From NCBI GenBank assembly GCA_973895155.1, contig OZ316899.1, positions 4,715,241-4,779,240 of the forward strand: a stretch of DNA of 64,000 nucleotides. Reading direction: 5' to 3'. Made by a program: the position numbers and the translations under genes. The DNA comes from Marsupella aquatica. Lineage: Eukaryota; Plantae; Marchantiophyta. The notes under the pieces were generated by a model. The model searched no databases, was not told where the DNA came from, and was given only the letters and a program-made list of their open reading frames with translations. Shown here one piece after another: positions 54,953 through 64,000 of this stretch; position 1 is the stretch's first letter, and the number at the start of each line of letters is the position of its first letter.

Positions 54953-57900
54953 CTAAAAATTCACTCTTGGCCATACATCCACAAATCGGTTCCGCATAAA
55001 TTTTCTATCAGACCCCCTCCTTAATCTCAAGCCTTTATTCTCCCAGTGCAGGGTACACACACTGTCAACTTTTTTAGCAACATTTTTAGCATAGGAAGGT
55101 AAGACAAATGGTTTCTCGGGAGTTTCAATATATCGCCTAGCTACTTTCCGTCTGAGTTGGAAACGCCGACAAAGATTCCAGTCTGACCTGAGGAGGAGAA
55201 TATTGGATTTGATGTCAACGGCCGAAATATTTGCAAAAAAGGAAATAAAAAAATGTGACATCAAAGAGAGAAGAAGGGAATCGACCGTAATAAAAAACCG
55301 GGTTAGCTTATGAGCTTACTTGGTAGTTTCTTACTCAGAAGAGTCTCCGCTGTCACTCCCTCCATTAGATTCCGGATCTTCTCCGGGTAAAGACACTCTG
55401 GGAATGTTCGGATCCTCCTCTTCTTCTTCCCCCTCTTCTGCTTCATTCTCATATTCGGAGTCAAAATTTAATACTGATTTAAGTTTGTCTCTCTTTCGTT
55501 TTGCAAACACAGGCTTTGGAGGGGCTTTGGACTCAGATACTTTGGGAGTTAGAAGGTCAAGAAATATTTTTGAAGCGGTTTCAATGAACTCCTTCCTATT
55601 CTCGAGCCCAATTACAAATCGACCATAATTATCACCTGCCACAAATGTACTCCCAGAACCTACAGCCCAATCCAGAATAATATCTCCGGGACACATGATT
55701 AGTTCCAGAACAGACTGCATAAACCCTGGATGTAGTCTGGCATTCCCGGCAAATTCAAGCTCTGGAGTTGTATCCACCTTCGCAAACGAAAGTCCGATCA
55801 GATTTGTGATAGAGGGATCCTCTGTTCTTGAAAGAGGTTTGAACTTAGGATCCTTGGGGACTTTCACCTTGGATGATACCCGACAAAATATATCTAAACG
55901 TAAAGTGAATACCTGAAAATGGAACATGAACAAGTAAGGACCAAAGAATTGTAATAGCGTCGGGCGCTAGCAAAGAATTAATAGTATATTTAGTAGTGTA
56001 CCTAGGAAAAGATTAAAATTTATAATCGAGCACTACATAAAATGAGCAGCGCCTGGCGCTAGCAAAACTTTGAAAGTGTGATGAATAGATTTACCTGCAA
56101 ATCAGACTTGGCCTTGTACATGGGGAACCCCATGACAACATTATGTGTACACAAACATTGGAATTTCTTAGACTCTTGACATGCTGAGATGACCTGTGAA
56201 ATCTGATCATACTCCCCCGTATGGAGTATCGCAATAATATCGTCATCCGACAAAAAGGGATCCATTGCCTGGAAAAAACACCAAGCTAGCATACAGTCGG
56301 GAACGTTCCATTTAGGGACCTTCCTATCAAGCAAAGTTGGTTTAAGTCCAGTTGGCAAATAAATAAAACCAGTGTCAACACCAAAAGGCCTCTCTTTCCC
56401 ACCCCTCACCACCCCTTTCAGTCGGCATCCCGATTTGATTAAGTCCTTCCCCCACTTTTTGGCATCATTAACCCATTCTGGCTTCTCCTCCTTGTTAAAC
56501 ACATTGTCCACTAATTCACTGACACTGGTCTCAACGAAACAATGACAAGATGACTTGGATTTAAAATTCCCAACATCACGTTGGAGCCTAGTGGCCGCCA
56601 GAGAATCCCTTTCTGATTGCCCAGCATTGCGAGTCCTCCTGCTTTTCTTCTTTGTACTCGTTGCACTGACTGGTACAATTGATTTTTCCATAATTAAGTG
56701 GTGTGAGTGGATCTGGCAAAGCGCCAGTATTTGCTTTTGAAGCTTCCGGGGTAACCTTCGTATCATCAGTGGCGTCTGCATCCGACTTCTTTTGACCTAT
56801 TCACACGTTGCAGAGAATGAGGGATAAGTGTCAGAAAGAAAAAAAATGGATTAAGGTTGAAGTACAGGAATAGTAGCGCCAGGCGCTAGCAAAGAACTAA
56901 ATTGGGTTTGAATGGAAACGTATGTGTCTTCCCGGATCGCGTTGATGCACTTGGCAGTGTTGTGTCTACTTTCACTTTCCCTCTCGGCTTGCGGCTCCTG
57001 TCTACATGGACAACTACTGTCTCGCAGATTGTTTGTAACTCAGTAGATGATTTGTCGACGTTGCTCAGGAGCCCTTGCTTCATCTCAGAAACTATGTTGG
57101 GTAGAATCACTTTCCTAAATCATAAGGCAACTTGGCTAATTTAAGAAACCAATCCTTCTCCACTTTGTCAAATGGTGAATCCCACTTGTCTGTGTCAAGA
57201 TACCACGGGCAGTGAATTCTTTCCCACTCAGACATTTCCCGTGGTGGAAGTTTACCCTCAGTAGGATACATCGAATACAAGTCAGCAACATGATCTCCCT
57301 CCTTTGCAACAATCCACTTGTGAAATGCGACTGGATACGCCCAAAGCGCATCCGGGAATGTACTTCCATCCATATGTAAAAACGATACAAATACCTCTTG
57401 GCCCTCTTCTGATTTTTCTCTGTATATACCTCTTTATCAGGGTATTTTGATGGCCACATGGTGTTGAAGAACTTTGCCTTCACAAGATCCCCATACCTTC
57501 TGAACTCACTTGAAATAATTTCAATCATACCCTCTACTGAGTCACACCCTGAATGGGAAAGCCTATCAACTGGGAGTGTTTCAATGGCTGCGGAAATTGC
57601 AGACTGCAACATCCCAATTGCGATTCCCTCGACGGTATTCCAGGGTGACACCACTGCTTCACTGGATCATCATTCACACTGGCAGGGTGGAAGAATTGTT
57701 TTCTCAACTCTGGAGTACAGTGAGCAACAAGCAAAGTGCATCTCAATTTTGGATCGAGAGCAGAAACGATTGTGAATAGTCTAGCACGGTCCATAGTACA
57801 AACAACCGAATCGGGATTTTTCTCTCGCTTGTTCTTCTCCGTCAATATGTACATCTCTGCACAAGTACCTAGAAAATCTTCAAACTCAAGACTAAGAAGA

Positions 57901-59150
57901 GGAGTGATTTTGGATGTTTTCGTAGACCAGTCTTTGGTGGCCTCTTTCAACATGAGTGACTGTCGCTTTGCAACCTCATCAGCCGACCAAGGATTGCCTT
58001 GACTTGCTGCCAATGCCATATCCATCTTGAACTGGTTAGTGTAAGCTTTGATTTTGTTTTCGCACAAAATATAAACAAGAGCTTCCAGAGGCATTTTCCA
58101 TGTGTACCAAGAATGTTTTCGAGTCTTCTGTTTGATATACTCAAACTTTGCATAATTGGCGCTGTCAATTATTGACTTATAGTACTCTAGATCGTGAGAG
58201 AGAATCCTTCGGATTCTGTCTGCGTCAAGGATCCAAGACGGTTCAACAACAGCCTGCCCTAACCTGCAATAGGCCATGTTTGAAATTAGTAGCGCCAGGC
58301 GCTAGCATAAAAAACACTCTCTTTAGTATTTATTTAACAGCAATGGATTGCGGAAATTTTTAATTACAAGTTTGTGCCAAATTACTTACTGGTTGACAGT
58401 GTGCATAGCCGCCTCAATCTGAATTTGCGAAGCTTTATCACCCTTGAAAATGGTGCAGAGAACTCTGGGATGATACTTGACATTGTCTGGATTTTCCTTT
58501 GTGACCATAGTCCACGAGTAAAGTCGATGATTCCCATCAAACACTGAGAACATTTTGTCTTTCAAGATCGTAAAAGTTGGATCTGCCGCGCATTCTAACT
58601 CAAATTTCTCGTTCTCAGCAACCCAAATAGCATCCCAAGTCTCCTTGATCTCCTCAGTGCATATTTGCTCCACACCATCGGAATCGGTCAGTTGTACAAA
58701 AAACCGCATTCCAATCCTTGGATTGTAGCCACTACTTCGGAACGAGTTTTTCAATTTCTCAATGGACGCACTCTCCTTCTGAAGCATCCGCACTACCTCC
58801 ATGTGGATCAACCGACAAAGCGGAATCCTGGGCGGTTCCTTCTTGTTTCCCCGGAAATCTTTTCCAAATGACATTATGTGTCGCGAGATGACTTCTTCCA
58901 TCCCTAATCCAACCTCGTTGCCCTCTCCCAGCGCGTAATCGGTCATGCTATCCGTGTCCATTCGGACCCTTCTGGACTTCTGGTGTGGTAGTGTTGCGTT
59001 GATGGAAGTGATTGCTCCGCTTGACCTTGTAACTCGATGCGAGTAAAATGCCCCAGAGAACGAAGATTGTGTAGACTCGCAATGACCGTGATCTTCCTCT
59101 GGAACTGTGGTATACCCTCTTGGAGAGCTTGGGGCGATTGAAGGTTGCAT
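54953..59150 (-). pseudogene. Multi-exon ParB/Srx-like domain + beta-class N6-adenine/N4-cytosine DNA methyltransferase-fold gene (frameshifted)
   Basis: Exon 59150-58390 has RIPLCRL..SIEKLKNSFRSSGY..FSVFDGNHRL. GT-AG introns: 58389-58264 (phase-consistent), ~56920-56797, 56094-55913 and 55334-55188 (phase-consistent). The C-terminal exon reads LHPGFMQSVLELIMCPGDIILDWAVGSGSTFVAGDNYGRFVIGLENRKEFIETA, matching the N6_N4_Mtase SAM-binding motif pattern. There are several frameshifts in 56700-57700. Confidence 0.75.
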
Positions 59151-60045
59151 TGTGGAGCATGTCAATATGTGAAGGTCTCTGTACGACACAGAGCCAGTCT
59201 CTACCCTCACGCTCCAAACAAATTACCGTACACAAAGAACAACAAAAAACCTTTAAAACTTTTCCATCATAGTGCTGTTGACATCATGTGACGGAGAACG
59301 AGAAGGATTGAAAGAATCTCACTGACCAATCCAAACAAAGACAGGTGGCAGGGACTGTTTGAAATGAGTAGAATTAACGTCTACTTTCAAGTCATTTGTG
59401 GATGCAGCGATGAACGGGAGTGTATCGTTAAACAATCCAACAGAAAACAACACAAAGTAAGGAATTTGTTCATACATGTTACCATTAGATGTAACCGTTG
59501 GGCAAACCAAAGTCATCTCCATCGATACTAGCGCCCGGCGCTAGTATCAACAAACACTAAAAATACTCTCATACATGACGATGACAGGGAGGAGATTATG
59601 TCAGCGTCGGGCGCTAGCTATGTATACCCCTTGTATTTTCCCAAGAAGTACCGATTCCAAAACAATATAAAACGTTTATTGATTTTTTCAGCAATTCCAT
59701 CAAAATCAATAAAATATTTCTCTTTGACTTGACAGTCCGCCAATGATAGCGCCTGGCGCTAGCACGTTAAGTCTGGTTTCTAAGTTGAAACCCGAGTACT
59801 TCTTTATGGTAGCGCCGGGCGCTAATAATTATTTGATCGCATTTTTTGCACTTTACCGGTAAGTAGTGTCGTTGGCAAAACGACAAACTACATTTATGTG
59901 TCTGCACCTAACGACTAGTACCCGTTTTGTCGTTTACAAACGATAATCTTATGAGGTTTGGAATGAGTTTACTTAACTTAAGTCGAGTAATGTTCTCCTA
60001 TTTCCTCAGATCCTTTGTTTATCAAATTAATATCATTCTCCCGCA
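59151..60045. promoter_or_regulatory. Divergent promoter region between the cargo gene and the transposase
   Basis: ~0.9-kb AT-rich spacer between head-to-head starts. It contains 4 palindrome copies, including the extended GATACTAGCGCCCGGCGCTAGTATC (59524-59548). Confidence 0.5.
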
Positions 60046-63000
60046 ATGTCTAATTCAGTCGTGCTTCTTCATCCTGATACTGGGGAGATTGTAAGCATCC
60101 CTTTAGGTTCATCCGACACGTACAAACAGGTTAGTGAGAACTATCTTTGTGGAAGATTTGACGTTGCCATCAACGACATCCATTCCATCAAACCAGACCA
60201 TGCATCTGGAGAGGAGACAGATGACGCACTATTTGATATCGATGATGGAGTCAGGTTTTGGCACCTCAACGCTGGAAAGAGATACATTATCAATCTCCAA
60301 CAACATTCCGTTCTGAATGAAAGACATCCAGTTCCATTCATTGACCTTTCCGAGAGTGAAGAGGAGGAGGTAGCTGTAGATTTGCAGACATCCGTTAATC
60401 CAGGGCCTTCTATCAAGATAGAAGGTCACTCTCCTTCCGAGCCAAATGTTTTGGGGGGTGTTGTGTACCATCGAAGCGCAATGGATGCCATTCTCAAATT
60501 AACTGGCCATAGTGAACTGTCGCTGTTCATCCGAACAAGTGATTTCAGGCATGAGCAGGTGAATTGTCTGCCAAGTAAATACAATGGAAATGTTGTGTTT
60601 GAATTGCCTCCCGCAGAAGGTCTGCTATCAAAAGGTTCGAGGCTCCGTGACATGGACAGGCCTAAAGACTGCTACTTCTGGACACGAATATTTCCAACTT
60701 CTGCGAATGTCCAACCTAATTTTTTTGGGGAATTTGATAAAGTGACGTGTACGGGTGCACTCGAATGTCAAAATCAGAAATGTGATTATCTGCTACGGAA
60801 GAGAAGAGGAAATTCAAAAGCTTGGGATGGGACACCCAAACTTGCGGGGCCACATACCGTGGGAAAGATTATTGAGGAGGGTGGAGTAGTTTGTCACTAC
60901 TGCCAACAATTGCCCTTTTGTATTGAAGCTTGTTCAACAATGCTTTTTTATATGTACCCGCAATTACTTCTCGACGCGGATACATGTAAACATATGTCGC
61001 GTCTTCCTGTGCATGTCGGAACTCATGCGCATCCCAGTCGTAAAGTTTTTTCTTGAGGTGCGGAAAAGATTGCTCATGAGTTCATAAAGAAGCAACATGA
61101 AGCTACACCGTCTACCACACCATCGGGTATGAAGAATGTCGTAACTGGATCTTTAAGGAAGGCTCTCTGTGTGTCCAACAATGACATCGGAGAATTGGAG
61201 GAAAGAGAAATTTGGGAGTCGTTAATGGTTGTTTCGACCCCTCAAAAGTTTGCATCTCTTTTTTGGAGTGTTCGGCAAGACCAAAAAGGTAAAGGTGAGT
61301 TAGAGTTTCTTGTGGAAATGCAGAAATGCATAAACTTTCCATTTCTACAACGTTATATGCTGCCAGGTCAAGGCTGTAAGGAGGAGTGACCGCATATTTT
61401 CAAAACAACGGTAAAAGGGCACGGATCTGGAGTTGATTTGTTGGGCCAAATGCAACCTGGAGGTCGACTAGAAGGCGCGTGGGTTAGTTTTGATGTGATG
61501 AGGAGAATGACCAAGGATTGGATAACTTTTAGCACTCACGTTTATGATCACAATTACCGTGCTCTTTGCACAATCTTCACATGTGAGTTGAAAGCTGAAG
61601 ATTTTGAGTCGTTAGAAAAAGCCTGGAAATTGATGATTGAGGTTTGCCATGAAAATGGGTTAGACAACGTAGTAATCCATGGATTCATGGCTGACAATGC
61701 TCAAGCTGGATGGAATGTTGTTCGGAACGTGTTTTTTGGTGGACATCCTAACCCGGAAAAGGAGCTATCGGATGCGTTTCACTTCTATCAATCGTTTCAT
61801 CGTCATTCAATTGAAGGAGTATTGGAAGAAAAACGAGAAGAGCACCGGAAGATGTGGGACTCTTTAAGGAACGCGTCAACATTTCTTGGAGCCTACAGAA
61901 TTTCCAGGGAAATCGACATGTGGTGGAGATCAGGGAATTGTGTTTCAGGAAAGCTTCGGATGCTCCAAGGTTGGCTTGCATGGTGGGTGGTCCGATGGCG
62001 TCAATGGGGAAATTTCATTCGTTTGGTGAGTTTCAACATCCATAAACAAGTAAACACACGAATCAACATTTTAAAAGAAGGAATCAAACAAAGTCATACT
62101 AGCGCTTGGCGCTATCATTATTTCCAGTGACTTCCGTGTCCTAGTTCCACTCCAATATTTGCTCGAGTTTTGATACTAGCGCCCGACGCTAGTTTTATGA
62201 ACCACTTGTTACTCGTATTTGTCCATATTCTAGTGTGAATGGTGGTAGCGCCAGGCGCTGGCATTGATTAAACCCGAAAATCTAACCAAATAATTTGGTT
62301 CAAATGTTTCTTTATTGAATGCAGTGACTAAGCCATATTTCCTAAACTGTGCTCCAAATGTTTTATGCAGAACAAAAGCATAGAGGAAAGCGCTATGATT
62401 CCTAACTGTACTACTTCACAGGCGGCACATTCCATAATGAAGGCTTGGCAAACTAAGAAAAAGGCTGGTCTATTTGAAGCATGTGAGATGGATCAAAATA
62501 GGGCTCTGTCACAAGTTGCTGCGTATACGGCGTATAAGAGAGGTCTTAACCGAGGAACCAGACCTACAATTTGGGAATTGGCTTTCCGTTCGGCAGACCA
62601 GGCAGGTTCTTCAAAACTTTTCCAAGATGCTTCCAATATGCTTCTTTCCGGTGCGGCTGAATTCGACCTGGAAAGGAGTGGCCCTCTCAATGGGGATGTT
62701 ACCACAAAGTCTATGAAGAGGAAAGGTAAGCCTCTGGGAACATCTCGGCACAAGACTCCCATCAGCATGACACTATTCTTGTAACATCACCATATACTCG
62801 AGGCATGAAAAGGAAAAACTTAAACAAGACTGAATTCTCCCCCGTTGCATCGGGTCCTGTTCACCATGACATTGGCGTTGTGGACCTGTCAGAAAGTGAA
62901 ATTGAAGAAGGCAGACATTGGAGTACTCCGCCCTGGAGGAGGTCAACAAGGTCGTCTGCAGCCTCCCAACCTCCCAACCTCCAAAAGGTCTGCACCTCCC

Positions 63001-63904
63001 AACCTCCAAAGGTTGTCCATGACTCAACTGTGTTGGAGACAGATGTGCGACCAGGGGCGTGGCACCTACAAAGAGTGACGAGACATGGTGCAGGGCCTCA
63101 GTGTAATGGATCTCTTGGTGGAAAATTGGATCGAGATGACTGTTGCAATCATCTTAAAAAGGTTGTTTACCCGTCAACGGATGGTGTAGTTGGCATTGTT
63201 GTCAAAGAATATCGCGTGTTCAGGGGAGAACCACACCCTGAGATGATTTGGTTTTGTCCCAATAGTGCATGCTATAAGAGCCGGCCCCGTCGTAATGTGG
63301 TGAATCTTCCCCCATTTCCTCATAGCCTGCCCGTTTTGAAAGGAACTAATCTTTCCGAGGCTGAGGTCCAATTCTTGACTCAACAAGGGATTGCTATCAA
63401 TCTAGAGGCCGGATGTCAGGCTGCTCCATCTCCTTTTGACTTGCGAATCAATGTGAACCTTTTCCCGGAGAAAATCAATCTCCTTGAGCCAAATATCCGC
63501 CTTCGGAGCAGGAATGGTAATAATACAATCCCACGTTCAAATCTTTCGCAAGGGCACAACAAAAGAATTGAATCCGCAAACAAGGAGTCGATGACCCTCG
63601 TTCAACAATTTGATGTTTCTGTTGGGAACTCTTGGGGCAAACAATTTCAGATCCAAACCCAAGAGAGACTTCGCACGGCAAACACTTATTGGTACAGATT
63701 TGCATTTTCCCATGTTGTTCTTGTGAGGACTTCTATCGTCGCCATTCTCATGGTAGGCCCTTCATGCCGTGCAAGCATCTCTATTAGGTGTATACCAACG
63801 TCCTAAAACTAGATGTGGTGGATTCAACTTTGGCTAGTCAGCCAATTCTGACTGTAGGTGAGGTGAGGCTCATTCTAGCTAGGCAGAATTCTTTGGACTT
63901 ATAG
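60046..63904 (+). pseudogene. MULE (Mutator) DDE transposase with N-terminal GCM/WRKY-like Zn domain and C-terminal SWIM finger
   Basis: ORFs 60046, 61129 and 61438 are one reading frame broken by TGA stops. Motifs: CTGALECQNQKC..CHYC..C..HVGTHAHP (GCM-like); WVSFDV..GFMADNA..DAFH (MULE D, D, CxxH); intron 62026-62370; CCSCEDF..PCKHLY (SWIM, shifted frame ~63710-63785); stop at 63904. Confidence 0.85.
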
Positions 63905-64000
63905 ACTAGACATTTAGTAACGTTCAACGGCTCCAAACTGATTTGTCGCATTGGAACGTTTCAATCTTTTCAATGATACCTAATCAAATACTCATTTTCT

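Larger units (their letters stand above)
53171..62260. repeat. Dispersed 15-bp palindrome TAGCGCCNGGCGCTA, 17 copies
   Basis: Starts at 53171, 53333, 53571, 53879, 54721, 54831, 55955, 56047, 56874, 58290, 59529, 59602, 59747, 59810, 62100, 62177 and 62246. No full copy was seen in 1-52977. Confidence 0.93.
52978..64000. mobile_element. Large Mutator-like (MULE) DNA transposon with cargo ParB-like/methyltransferase-fold gene
   Basis: Copy C' homology stops abruptly at GGGGTATTTACAT (~52978), followed by subterminal ACAGGAAA repeats at 53009-53051. The element contains a MULE transposase, a divergent cargo gene and an element-specific palindrome. The right end is not seen in the window. Confidence 0.75.

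Noticed and set aside
54953-59150. Bacterial contig contamination or a restriction-modification system
   Set aside because: The gene has phase-consistent GT-AG introns, is contiguous with plant TEs, and has no cognate endonuclease.
53171-62260. Palindrome series as a CRISPR array or bacterial REP contamination
   Set aside because: Spacing is irregular (60 bp to >2 kb), there are no cas genes, and the copies sit in spliceosomal introns of a eukaryotic element.

Overview
Repeat-dense land-plant genomic DNA. TTTAGGG telomere motifs, iMet-primed Ty1/Copia elements and spliceosomal introns are present; a bryophyte or lycophyte origin is plausible but only inferred. There is one clear host gene, a minus-strand DDM1/LSH-type SNF2 remodeller (~38.2-48.0 kb), for which only the N-terminal ATPase-lobe exons are visible. 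Around it lie three decayed Copia elements, a TG..CA solo LTR with a 5-bp TSD, several diverged copies of a gag/pol-less LTR-associated 'plant transposon protein' plus coiled-coil ORF, and small insertions. The most notable structure is an 11-kb Mutator-like element (~52978 to past the window end). It has a GCM/WRKY-like + DDE + SWIM transposase transcribed divergently from a multi-exon gene joining a ParB/Srx-like domain (DGNHRL) to a bacterial-type beta-class N6A/N4C DNA-methyltransferase fold. Seventeen copies of a 15-bp palindrome, TAGCGCCNGGCGCTA, are found only within this element, in its introns, promoter and left arm, and never in the exons of its two main genes. A second decayed copy of the ParB-like gene sits at ~5.4-6.0 kb. 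All domain calls were made by eye from motifs; no database searches were run.
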